A stretch of DNA of 64,000 nucleotides from Candidatus Bathyarchaeota archaeon. Its GTDB lineage: Archaea > Thermoproteota > Bathyarchaeia > Bathyarchaeales > Bathycorpusculaceae. A program made the position numbers and the translations under genes. Below, in pieces: positions 49,264-59,074 of the stretch; the first letter of the stretch is position 1; each line of letters opens with the position of its first letter. The notes beneath the pieces are model-generated. The model made no database searches. It was not told the origin of the DNA and saw only the letters and a program-made list of their open reading frames with translations. Location of the stretch: contig OY970176.1 in assembly GCA_963707955.1 (NCBI GenBank), forward strand, positions 1,824,001 through 1,888,000. The letters run 5' to 3'.

Positions 49264-50640
49264 TTAGGAAGACGCAAATTCTCTCAACTCTTCAATTTTA
49301 TGGATCTCTATCGAGTTGCTGGCATGTTCCATAGTGGTTCTCACACCCTCAGTGAACAAAACAGTTTCTTCATTATCAACCATACGCATTTCATGAAGTC
49401 GATTTGCAACTGTAGATATTCTGTCTTTTTCCTCGTGGTAGTTTATCAGAACAGGGTACACGCCGAACGTGAGTTCGAGTTGTTTTTTGACTTTGATTTC
49501 ATGGGTGACAGCAATTATAGGCTGAGCAATCTTGAAGCGAGCTATCATTCGGGCCGTGTAGCCTGACCGCGTTAAAGGGACAACTTTGTGAACGGGCATA
49601 CTCAGACAAATTCTCTGGACTGCCTTGCTAACTGTGTCGGAAATGTTGATGAACGGAGTATCTTCAACGTTGCTCTTGACGGCTTTCTCTGTTTCATTCG
49701 CTATCCGGGTCATCATCTCAACGGCCTCCACAGGATACTGACCAACCGCTGTTTCGCCAGAGAGCATAACGGCGTCAGACCCGTCTAGTATGGCGTTTGC
49801 CACATCGCTAACTTCAGCCCTGGTTGGATTGGGTTGATGAATCATCGATTCAAGCATCTCTGTTGCAGTTACAACCACTTTGCCCTTCTGATTGCTTAAT
49901 TTGATGAGAGATTTCTGAACCAGAGGCACTCTTTCAGGTTCTATTTCAACTGCCAAATCGCCCCTTGCAACCATTAATCCGCTAGCGGCGTCTAAAATCT
50001 CTTCGATGTTTTGCACACCCTCAGAGTTCTCAATCTTGGCGATTATTCCGCCTTCAAAACTATTGGTCTGAGACAAGTTTTTCACGTCTTCTGCATTTCT
50101 TGTGAATGAGAGCGCAACGTATTCGACGTCATGTTTTTTTGCAAACCTTATGATCTCTAAGTCCTTCTCGGGGAAGGTTGGGACGGAAAGATGCTTGTTG
50201 GGAATGTTAACTCCTTTTCCATCTTCTATGACGCCGCTGGTCAAGGTCAGAAACCGAAGTTTTCGATCTTTCTTTTCAACCACTCGCGTTCTAGTTTTTC
50301 CATTATCGATATATACTTCGTCATCAACCTCCATTTCGTCATAGAAATCGTGATTGAAACAGACTTCTTCGCCATCGAAGCCTACTTCCAAAATGTCTCC
50401 TTTGCTGAAGACCTTTCGTTTAAATGTCCTGATTCTTATTTCTGGTCCTTTGATGTCAATTATTATGGGAATATCCGCAACTTCCCTCACTGTTTCTATA
50501 ACCGACTGGTATTGAGTGAGATTTCCATAAGCGGTATTTATCCTTACGCCGTTCATGCCCGCTTTGAACATTTTTTCAATCATTTGCCTTGAAGAACTAG
50601 CAGGACCCACAGTGCATATGATCTTTGTTTTCTTCAACAA
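49264..50640 (-). CDS. pyk: Pyruvate kinase
   Basis: KTKIICTVGPAS, DIKGPEIR, IAKIEN, MVARGDL, ATEMLESM, PTRAEVSDVANA, MLSGETA. Confidence 0.96.
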   Translation of the reverse strand: MLKKTKIICTVGPASSSRQMIEKMFKAGMNGVRINTAYGNLTQYQSVIETVREVADIPIIIDIKGPEIRIRTFKRKVFSKGDILEVGFDGEEVCFNHDFYDEMEVDDEVYIDNGKTRTRVVEKKDRKLRFLTLTSGVIEDGKGVNIPNKHLSVPTFPEKDLEIIRFAKKHDVEYVALSFTRNAEDVKNLSQTNSFEGGIIAKIENSEGVQNIEEILDAASGLMVARGDLAVEIEPERVPLVQKSLIKLSNQKGKVVVTATEMLESMIHQPNPTRAEVSDVANAILDGSDAVMLSGETAVGQYPVEAVEMMTRIANETEKAVKSNVEDTPFINISDTVSKAVQRICLSMPVHKVVPLTRSGYTARMIARFKIAQPIIAVTHEIKVKKQLELTFGVYPVLINYHEEKDRISTVANRLHEMRMVDNEETVLFTEGVRTTMEHASNSIEIHKIEELREFASS

Positions 50641-51054
50641 AACATCTCCTCATGCATCCTAGACATAACACATTCCAAGTTAAGCTTAACGGCGAGTAAT
50701 TCAGGCTTGACCGTGAAAATTCGGTTACAGCTGTTTCCAGAAAGAAGGACAATAGTTCAGCCTGAAATAACATGGGTTTTCTCTGCTTTGACTCAATTAA
50801 GTCCAGCATATTTCGCGCGCACTCCGTCTCGGGGTTTTCAATTATTCATTTTTCTTATCAATAGTTTTGCAATGTCCGCAGTTTGGTCTTTTGGCTTTTA
50901 TGTGTTCTTGGAAAAAGGAAGAAGTTGGTTTGTGCTTCAAAAGCGCGCGCGTTTCTTTTCTATATTTGACGTGATACATAATAGAGAAGTGGGGATTCGG
51001 GCGCAGGCTTCGCCTTGCGAGTTCTTCTGAGTAATGAACAAGCTTTGAGGAATA

Positions 51055-52110
51055 TTATTCTTTATTGTCGTGTTTTCGCGGCAGTGATTCCAATCTTTTC
51101 TTAAAGGATGCCGCCGATTGGTTGTCGGCGAGTATGTATAGATAATCTCCTTTTTGCAGTTCAAAGTCAGCGGTCATGTTGTGAATTATCTCACCGTTTC
51201 GGTAAACCAGCAGTATCGGGTCGCCTCTGTCTATGTCTCCATATTTTATTCCTTCAGAAGTGATCTCGAATCCAATGACGTATTTGGATTTGAGTTTTTC
51301 AGACAGAACGATACCTGCCACTTCATTCGAAATTATCGAAGATGCTAGCATTCGCCCTATTATGTCATAAATCGGTGCAACTGTATCCGATCCCGCAGCC
51401 TTAGCACTTTCTACGAGCTCCTTATCATTTATGATGGAGACTGCTCGGATGTTCTTGTTGAGCTTTTTGGCGGTCAGAACAGCAAGCATGTTGTCTCCAT
51501 CGTCATCAAAGGTGGATATTAAGTAGGAAGCTCTTTCCACACCGGCTTTTTTGAGAGTCTCATAAATGTGGGTAGTCGGTCCCCCCACGGCCGTTATTCC
51601 TTCCTTTCTGAGCATTTCCATTTGGTCGTTGTCTTTTGCTATGACAACAAATTCTAAACCAAGCGACTTCAAGTCGTCTACGACGTATTTTCCCAGGAAT
51701 TTGTAGCCCACTACTATTACGTGGTTCTTCATTCTCCTTGCCCTTCTCATCGTCAATGTCTCAGTCCGCAGCTCGCTCTTAAGCGCAGCCGTAAATGTCC
51801 CTTGGACAAGGGAAGCTGCTGACCCTACGCTAAGTATGAAAACTACTATTAGAAGAGCCTTTTCAGAAGCTGGCATAGTGAGGATGCCAGGATTGTAGAT
51901 CCCTATGGTCGTGATCGTTGAAACAGCCCCGAGAAGTGCAGTCAACAGGTCCAGCCCCTGATAATACATGAAAACCAAAGCTCCGAAAATAAACATCGAG
52001 CACAGTATCGAAAGTTGAATCCAAACAGATTTGACAATATAAAACGGGGTGTATACCGCAAGATCTAGCAAATCTCTTGGTCTTCTCACAGCAATTTCTC
52101 TGCAAGGCAT
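51055..52110 (-). CDS. 2-TM ion channel with RCK (TrkA-N/C) domain and a non-canonical filter
   Basis: TM - STITTIGIY - TM; NHVIVVGY...DDGDN...A..AGSD. Confidence 0.8.
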   Translation of the reverse strand: MPCREIAVRRPRDLLDLAVYTPFYIVKSVWIQLSILCSMFIFGALVFMYYQGLDLLTALLGAVSTITTIGIYNPGILTMPASEKALLIVVFILSVGSAASLVQGTFTAALKSELRTETLTMRRARRMKNHVIVVGYKFLGKYVVDDLKSLGLEFVVIAKDNDQMEMLRKEGITAVGGPTTHIYETLKKAGVERASYLISTFDDDGDNMLAVLTAKKLNKNIRAVSIINDKELVESAKAAGSDTVAPIYDIIGRMLASSIISNEVAGIVLSEKLKSKYVIGFEITSEGIKYGDIDRGDPILLVYRNGEIIHNMTADFELQKGDYLYILADNQSAASFKKRLESLPRKHDNKE

Positions 52111-52428
52111 GTTATTTAGTTCTGGCGCACGTCTCAGAAATGATTAGGGTGTTCCGTCCATAAGTGGATTGTGTTTAGCACGTAGTATAGCTAGGAATTC
52201 TCTTTGGGAAAGTGGCAAGGGTTCTATTTGCGCTTGGATGAAAACAAGGGAATGCGTTTAACGCTGAGATACTGCATGTGATATGTGGCAAAGAGTAAAC
52301 CATTTCTCTTTTGGTATAGTCACATTTGATGGCTTTCGTTTACGCTTGAAGTTTTCGCTTTCGATCAGATACAATTATATTCTCCATTATTTGCTGTTCG
52401 TAAGAGTGCTCAAAGAACCCGCTAAAAG

Positions 52429-52881
52429 TCAGGTTATTTGTTTTGCCTTGGGGAAGTGTCCCAGAATCTTCTTAATGAATTTGTTTTCGAAATCCAAGGC
52501 TTCCATCGTGTTTGTGACTTCCTCAATGACCTCGTCCTTCGTGTACTTAGCCAATCTTCCAGTAAACTCGTCAAGTGCGAGCCCGCAAGAATACACGTGG
52601 ATTCCATCCTTGCTCGGTGAGACTAGAACGTGCAGTCCAGACCGTTGGGCTCTTCTTACGTATTCACCTAAACTGAAAGGGAACAGCAATGTTTTCAATA
52701 TGAGTGGAACCAATGCGCCTTCGCTTGCAAAAATAGTTGTCTTCCCGTCGCGAGTTGATTCTTCTTCCTTTATTCTCAACCTCATTCCTTTCAAAGCTTC
52801 GTCACAAAAACTAGTTACTTCATCCATAGACGCATTTTCTACGAGAACTTCTCTCTCAAAGCAAACAGCCGCGTGCACCAT
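52429..52881 (-). CDS. Hypothetical protein
   Basis: 3' part of ORF 52429..52998; likely ATG at MVHAAV. Confidence 0.6.
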   Translation of the reverse strand: MVHAAVCFEREVLVENASMDEVTSFCDEALKGMRLRIKEEESTRDGKTTIFASEGALVPLILKTLLFPFSLGEYVRRAQRSGLHVLVSPSKDGIHVYSCGLALDEFTGRLAKYTKDEVIEEVTNTMEALDFENKFIKKILGHFPKAKQIT

Positions 52882-53041
52882 TAAACCTGCACCTGAGGAT
52901 ATAGTCTCTTCTGTCTTCCTTTTATTGTTTAGCGCGCGCTGATGGCCCGTGGTGAATTCTCCTAACGTTTCTAGGAACAAATCAGGGTGTCCACTCACGC
53001 CAGAGCATGGTCAGACAAGTTTATGTCAATTCCCCGAATAT

Positions 53042-53130
53042 GCAACGCGCTAACGCGAAGGTTGAAAGATTAAGAAAACATAAAAGCGGCAGATGTTTTG
53101 AAGTCGCATAGTCGGGATGAGTTAATTGGC
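53042..53130 (+). repeat. Second copy of the ~90-bp promoter/leader segment
   Basis: About 4 mismatches versus the reverse complement of 35451-35539. Confidence 0.9.
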
Positions 53131-53227
53131 GCACGCTTGCGTCAAAGGACTGTTCTGGATGACCTCAAGCGCGAAAACAAATTAAGCGTGTACATTGAGA
53201 TATTGCTAGCCTAGGGCGTGCAAGCGC

Positions 53228-54439
53228 ATGGTCGAGCCTTTTGTGATTATGGACCAAATCATAATTATTTTGCTTGCCGCCATTATCGCAGCCAAGATAT
53301 CGGAACGTTTTGGTTTGCCAAGCATCATTCCTCTTTTCATCATCGGCTATTTGGTTGGTCCATGGGGATTAGACATTTTTGTTCCTTTAAGTCTTGGTCT
53401 TTCTTTGAGTGCTATTGTGACTCTGGCCATACCAATCATACTTTTTGACGAGGGTATGCGGATAGACCTGAAATTGTTGAACGACTTCAGATTAACGATT
53501 TTTCTGCTGGCAACGCTTGCCGTTGTAGTTTCAACGATTGGTGTAGGTCTTGTGGCATATTTTGTATTTGGGATGCCTCTGCTCCAAGCCCTTCTCATGG
53601 GCGCTATATTGGCCGCAACGAGCCCTGCTGCGGCAATAGCTATTACTGAACAATTGAAGATCGAGCGAAAGATTTCTACTATTGTTGAAGGAGAAGCTTC
53701 TTTCAACGATGCCACGTCAATTGTCTTGTTCACCATCATTTCCGGGGCTGTTCTTGGCGCAGGTTTGTCTTTCTCTGGCGCAGTTTTTTCTTTCTTGGTG
53801 CTGTTCTTTGGGGGGCTGCTTGTTGGATCGTCGCTTTCTTTTTTGGTCATATTTTTCATCAGAAGGTTCAACATGCAAGAATACGCAGTTGCTTTGTCTT
53901 TTGTGAACTTCTTTGGTGCTTATGCTATCGCTGACGTACTACATGCTAGTGGAGCGACAGCAGTAATTGCCTCTGGTCTTGTTCTTGGAGGGACTCTTAA
54001 GAAACCCGTCTATGGCGTGACACAAGGAAAGGTCTTTGATTTCTGGTCCAACGTGTCGTTTCTCGCCAGAAGCATAATCTTTCTTGTATTGGGAGCAGGT
54101 TTTTCACTTGCAGCATTAAGTTCAGTTTGGCTTGAGGCAACGATTGTTATTCTGCTTCTTTTTCTCGTTATTCGCCCGATCTCCGTCTTTTCGGCCACCT
54201 CCTTCGAGAAGAAATTGTCGAAAAAGGAGAAGTTTTTCATCTCGTGGGTGGGAACTAGGGGGGCAGTACCAGCGGCTTTAGCCGCAAGCGCAATCGGATT
54301 GGGAATAGCAGGGGCTGACAAAATATTCAGCATAGTCATGATAGTTGTTCTTGCGTCTCTAGTCATAGTGGGCTTCTTGGGACGAAAGATGGCGAAGTTT
54401 ACGTTAACAAATCCTTCAACGAGCGAAAAACAAAAATGA
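53228..54439 (+). CDS. CPA1 (NhaP-type) cation/H+ antiporter
   Basis: ILFDEG, AATSPAA, VEGEASFNDA, GTRGAVPAALA. Confidence 0.9.
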   Translation: MVEPFVIMDQIIIILLAAIIAAKISERFGLPSIIPLFIIGYLVGPWGLDIFVPLSLGLSLSAIVTLAIPIILFDEGMRIDLKLLNDFRLTIFLLATLAVVVSTIGVGLVAYFVFGMPLLQALLMGAILAATSPAAAIAITEQLKIERKISTIVEGEASFNDATSIVLFTIISGAVLGAGLSFSGAVFSFLVLFFGGLLVGSSLSFLVIFFIRRFNMQEYAVALSFVNFFGAYAIADVLHASGATAVIASGLVLGGTLKKPVYGVTQGKVFDFWSNVSFLARSIIFLVLGAGFSLAALSSVWLEATIVILLLFLVIRPISVFSATSFEKKLSKKEKFFISWVGTRGAVPAALAASAIGLGIAGADKIFSIVMIVVLASLVIVGFLGRKMAKFTLTNPSTSEKQK

Positions 54440-54529
54440 AACAACGTACTGCTGGGCTACTCACGTACCTGAGGCTTTTGCAAAAATCTCTTAAATAGAG
54501 CTTGGGGTTAAGAGGATTGTGATTCATCT

Positions 54530-55765
54530 TTGGTTGATGTATCACTAGCTCTCTTGATCAGCGCGCTGATAATAGTGATAGGCTTTCTGGGGAACTACTT
54601 TTTCAAGCGAACAGGCTTGCCTGACATGCTGTTTCTGATAATCATAGGAGTTCTCGTTGGACCTGTTTTGAAGCTGTTTGAACCATCAATTGTAATGGGC
54701 TTGGCTCCGTACATAGCTGCCCTAGCATTAGTTTTCATCTTGTTCGACGGCGGCATGAGCTTGAACATTCGCCAAGTTCTTTCACACAGCCCAAGGGCTG
54801 TTCTTCTGGCTGTTCTAGGCTTCATATTCAGCATGTTTGCAGTTGCACTTTTCATGATCGTTCTCTACAGAGTTCCGTTGTATTATGGATTGTTGTTTGG
54901 GAGCATTTACGGTGGAAGCAGCTCCATTGTCGTAGTTTCTCTGGCTTCAAAAATCCACGTCAGTGAAAAATGCTCCACAACCTTGATTCTAGAATCAGCG
55001 ACGACTGACATACTGTGCATTGTTATCTCACTATCCTTGATAGGGATAATAATAACTGGCCAAGCGAACTATCTGGCTGTCGCCACAGGCATTATTACCG
55101 AATTCGCGGTCGGAGCGGTATTTGGTTTGATTATTGGAATTGTCTGGTTGTTCCTGCTCAAGTTTGTGTCTCCAATGCCCTTTTCTTACATGCTAACGCT
55201 GGCCATTGCACTTCTCGCCTATACTCTGTCTGAGAATTTTGGTGGCAGCGGAGCTTTGAGTTCACTGCTTTTCGGCCTGATATTGGGCAACGAAAAGGAG
55301 ATCATGAAACATTTGAGGCGAAAAGAGACACGCATGGTAGCTGTTGATGCTGGTCTTAAGCGTTTTGAGTCGGAGATAGCCTTCCTGATTAGAACGTTCT
55401 TCTTCGTTTTCTTAGGAATAATTGCCACCATTTCTAGCATCAGCCTGCTTTTTCTTGGAATAATCCTGACGCTTCTGCTGCTACTTGTGAGGTTTGGCGC
55501 TGTATGGCTCACTACGATCGGAAGCGAATTGCAAAAAGAGAGATCCATCATGACGTTTGTATTGACACGTGGCCTAGCAGCAGCAGTTTTGGCAACTCTG
55601 CCAATACAGTACGGCCTACTTTACCCCGACACCTTCATCAATCTCGCCGTTGTAATAATAATGTCCACAGCCATAATCGCAACAGTAGGCATTGCGATGG
55701 CTTCACATCTACGACGCCAGCATGCTCAGGGCGCGCAGAAAGAGCAACTTGACGAAAAGCGTTGA
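54530..55765 (+). CDS. CPA1 (archaeal NhaP-like) cation/H+ antiporter
   Basis: ILFDGG, GGSSSIVV, LESATTD, RTFFFVFLG, RGLAAAVLA. Confidence 0.9.
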   Translation: MVDVSLALLISALIIVIGFLGNYFFKRTGLPDMLFLIIIGVLVGPVLKLFEPSIVMGLAPYIAALALVFILFDGGMSLNIRQVLSHSPRAVLLAVLGFIFSMFAVALFMIVLYRVPLYYGLLFGSIYGGSSSIVVVSLASKIHVSEKCSTTLILESATTDILCIVISLSLIGIIITGQANYLAVATGIITEFAVGAVFGLIIGIVWLFLLKFVSPMPFSYMLTLAIALLAYTLSENFGGSGALSSLLFGLILGNEKEIMKHLRRKETRMVAVDAGLKRFESEIAFLIRTFFFVFLGIIATISSISLLFLGIILTLLLLLVRFGAVWLTTIGSELQKERSIMTFVLTRGLAAAVLATLPIQYGLLYPDTFINLAVVIIMSTAIIATVGIAMASHLRRQHAQGAQKEQLDEKR

Positions 55766-56085
55766 GCAGGTTTTGCTATTTGAAGAAAAGACGCTCAAAT
55801 CTGCTGGTAGCGCGCCAAAGAGCAGGAGACTTTTTCTTGGGAATCGCCCTTTTGTTACTTGGGGACAAGCAGAGAAACAAGTTTTAAATTGTTGGGTCTC
55901 CTTAAGGTGGTCCCTGTCATGGTGACTGTCTGAACCACTATCTTCCTCTTTGGAACTCACGTGCAGCAGGGTTACCTTGTTGATTATCTTTTCGGCAAGA
56001 CGAACGATCCTATGAAGGCGAACATTGCGACAACCAGGACAGTCTGAGGAACGCGCTAGATGTTGTTGCAACGCAAAAAATCACT

Positions 56086-57387
56086 TTACTGGGCGAGGCC
56101 TTCTTTTTTGTAGTCAGTTGTGATGCCATGGAGAGCCTTGCTTAACAGCCATAGACAAAGATAGGATAGTGCGAAGACAACGACCATGACGACCGCGATC
56201 CCAAGCAGCTCCACCCCTAGCTGATGAACAGCGGCGTACCCTCCACCAAAGAAAAGGCCATTTGGCAACGATGCAAAACCAGAAGCCGTAGAAAAAGCAC
56301 TCCTTGCAAAAAAAGCTATCATGGCGGTTCCAAACAAGCCTCCTACCATATGCCCTGGGAATAACCCTACCGGATCAGAGAACCACTTGAACCTTGAGAA
56401 CCATCTTTCCGCTGCTAGGAAAATCGGGCCACTTATGAAGCCAACGATCACGGCGACGCCTGGACCTACGAAGCCTGCTAGAGGAGTTATCACGATAAGA
56501 CCCATCAGTACTCCGTTGACTGCATAGAGCAAACCTGGGTTCTCCTTTGTCATCAAGTATCTGATGAGCATTGTTGACATTAATGCAGATGCAGCCGATA
56601 GAAATGTTGTCAACACTACTACTTCGGCTCCGTAACCAATCGTTAGCACGCTGCCAGGGTTGAACCCAAACCATCCTATCCAGAGCAACAATATAGAAAG
56701 CGTAAGCACATTTGGGTTCAAGTTAATCCGAACGCTTGGGCTTTCCTTTAACCCTTTTTTCTTCTCTTCTCTCCATACTTGATAGACAAAAGCCAGTCCT
56801 GCAGCTCCAGCTGCTCCATGAACGACTAGGCCTCCTGCAAAGTCTCTCATTCCCATAAGGTACAACCAGCCTGTCGGGTTCCATATCCAGGCCGCTGGCA
56901 AACTCCAGATAATGATGAAGTAAGGAATAGAATACAAGAAAAAAGCCTCCAACTTCACCTTCTTCAGAACTATAACGCCGACTAGCGCCAAGGTCACTGA
57001 GGCAAACGCAGCCTCAAAGATGAAGTATGTTCCGGCGGTTATACCCGTAGCGAAATACTGCGACGTCATGGACCACCAGACCCCAGTCAAGAGTCCAGCT
57101 ACGTTTGGTGTCAACCCGCCCAGAAAGACTCCACCGTAAAACGGGTTTCCTATCACTCCGCTAAATGTCGGTGCAAACGCCACGTCAAAACCCACAAATG
57201 CCATAAAAAACAATGCAGAACCACTTATCAAAATGGTCTTGAGCAAGCTCTTTGAGTGATCTTCTCCAAGCTCACCAACTTCCAAGAACCCAACAGCTAT
57301 CGTCATCAGAAAGACTAGAAGAGCTGACAACAACACCCAAAGGTTATTCGAGATGTTCGGAAGTTCCTCTGCACTCATTGTTTCCAC
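56086..57387 (-). CDS. amt: Ammonium transporter (Amt)
   Basis: DFAGGLVVH, LWIGWFGFN, NGVLMGLIVITP, second His in FPGH. Confidence 0.9.
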   Translation of the reverse strand: METMSAEELPNISNNLWVLLSALLVFLMTIAVGFLEVGELGEDHSKSLLKTILISGSALFFMAFVGFDVAFAPTFSGVIGNPFYGGVFLGGLTPNVAGLLTGVWWSMTSQYFATGITAGTYFIFEAAFASVTLALVGVIVLKKVKLEAFFLYSIPYFIIIWSLPAAWIWNPTGWLYLMGMRDFAGGLVVHGAAGAAGLAFVYQVWREEKKKGLKESPSVRINLNPNVLTLSILLLWIGWFGFNPGSVLTIGYGAEVVVLTTFLSAASALMSTMLIRYLMTKENPGLLYAVNGVLMGLIVITPLAGFVGPGVAVIVGFISGPIFLAAERWFSRFKWFSDPVGLFPGHMVGGLFGTAMIAFFARSAFSTASGFASLPNGLFFGGGYAAVHQLGVELLGIAVVMVVVFALSYLCLWLLSKALHGITTDYKKEGLAQ

Positions 57388-57572
57388 ACCTGTTTTCTGC
57401 GAATGTTCGTCTTTTTTATTATTAAGTCTTATCCCACTATTTCACCAGCACGCTCAGCCCAGCGCGCGTTGTGCGAGTGAAAGTTTTGGCGGTGGCTCTG
57501 TTTAACTTTGCTTTAGCTCGATGTTCCGCGCGGGCGCTATTTTTATTAGCTTAAGAAGAACATGGTGTAGGT

Positions 57573-57965
57573 ATGCATCAGGGTTACGTTTTCCCATGCT
57601 TTGGGGAATCTCTCAAGAATTGTGTGAGAAGCAGACTGTTCACTTGTTCAGGCGAGGCTGCTCGCGAGATAGGACCAGGCTATCTGGTCTTCTTTGTTAA
57701 CGCGGATTCAGACACACTTGTGGGACCATTCACGGCCTCAGGTTCATCTAAAACAGGACCAGAGCCTGGAGCATGGACTCAAGTCATTGATCCGCACACT
57801 TTTTCTGGCAACTTCAGAGTCGAGTGGGAAGAGCTGCATGAGTTGAAGCATGCTCGGAGAAAGTTTCCTTTTTTGAAGGACCTCAACGCTTGTAAGCTCT
57901 CTCCGCTTCAAGTTGAAGATCTGATCAGTGCTTTGAAAAAGGCTCCGTTGTTCCATCAAACATGA
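57573..57965 (+). CDS. DCD-domain-like protein
   Basis: GYVFPC...C....LF......IGPG..VFF.N.....LVGPF.A......EPGAW matches the DCD pattern as I recall it. Confidence 0.55.
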   Translation: MHQGYVFPCFGESLKNCVRSRLFTCSGEAAREIGPGYLVFFVNADSDTLVGPFTASGSSKTGPEPGAWTQVIDPHTFSGNFRVEWEELHELKHARRKFPFLKDLNACKLSPLQVEDLISALKKAPLFHQT

Positions 57966-58047
57966 AATCCGCTCATAGGTGTAAACAAGCTTCAAAGTGG
58001 AGAGCTCCTTGGGCACTGAACAAGGCGCGAGCTAGCAACCAGCGGAA

Positions 58048-58395
58048 CTATAGTCTCTTCAAGAACAAGATCAGAGCGACTGTTTGATTATGCTCCTCAT
58101 CCTTCGCGGAATATAGAAGAGTGACCGTTCCATGCTCTTTTTCCGCCTGTTTGATCTTCTGCACCAGCTCTCCTTTAGCCTCTAATTCATCTTCATACTT
58201 CTTCTTGAACGCGTCCCACTTCATTGGGTCATGAGAAAACCAGTTACGCAGATCATTACTGGGCGCAATTTCCTTCAACCACAAGTCGATCTTCGCTTTT
58301 TCTTTTGACATTCCTCTAGGCCACAGTCTGTCCACAAGAACCCTGAACCCATCTTCCCTAGAGGGCTGCTCATAAATCCGCTTTATCTTTATGAT
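58048..58395 (-). CDS. DUF488 (YeaO-like) protein
   Basis: [25 protein letters not shown]...APS..LR.WF.H...HNQ. Confidence 0.9.
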   Translation of the reverse strand: MIKIKRIYEQPSREDGFRVLVDRLWPRGMSKEKAKIDLWLKEIAPSNDLRNWFSHDPMKWDAFKKKYEDELEAKGELVQKIKQAEKEHGTVTLLYSAKDEEHNQTVALILFLKRL

Positions 58396-58834
58396 TCCTG
58401 ATTCCTCCGCATTGTTTTCTGAAACGCAATTTCTCTGGCAACGGCTTGCCTCAACGTGTCACTCTTCTGTTCACGTTATATGAATCTATTGTTCTGTATG
58501 GCCACAGTCACAATGGTAAAAATTCCTAGTTGATATCATATTGAATCGCGCTGCGCGCGCTCGCCTAGCCATCGTGATTCAATACTTAGCGCGCGCTTAG
58601 TCTCAGTCTTCACGGTATTATTGGATAAGATTCTAAAGCTAAAGTGTAGAAAAGGGACACGCCTATTTGGATCCAAATATCCATGGTACGTTGAAACCGA
58701 GGAGGGGAGGGATCCCTAGCCTGCTAGGAAGAGAAAGTGAGTCTACGGGTTTACGCTTAGAAGCCAGGGATGGAAGTTAGACCCTAGAGCCCGCGCGTTT
58801 TAGGTTTTGGGTGGGGAAAACATTGGAGCTAAAT

Positions 58835-58995
58835 GGACTCCGAACTTTCTTGACGCAGCGGCAATCGGCATCGGAGCAGTAATCGGTCAGGAATCCTCGT
58901 CGTGCTGGGCGTTGCTATGGGTTAAGCAGGACCGACGAGCGTGATTTCAATGGTTACCGCGGAGACGATAGTGTTGTTCAGCGTACGAAGTTTCT
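58835..58995 (+). pseudogene. APC amino-acid permease N-terminal fragment
   Basis: LDAAAIGIGAVIG / GILVVLGVAMG*AGP..VISM with a frameshift and a stop. Confidence 0.65.
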
Positions 58996-59074
58996 CAGGG
59001 TGAGCGGGCGCAAAAAGTATTAAACTGAACTGGCGTCAATTGTTCCTGTAAGCAAATGGCCAGAGGTCGGTTTC

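Noticed and set aside
58620-58800. Purine-rich intergenic stretch as a tRNA or structured RNA
   Set aside because: No cloverleaf, T-loop or convincing stem pattern by eye
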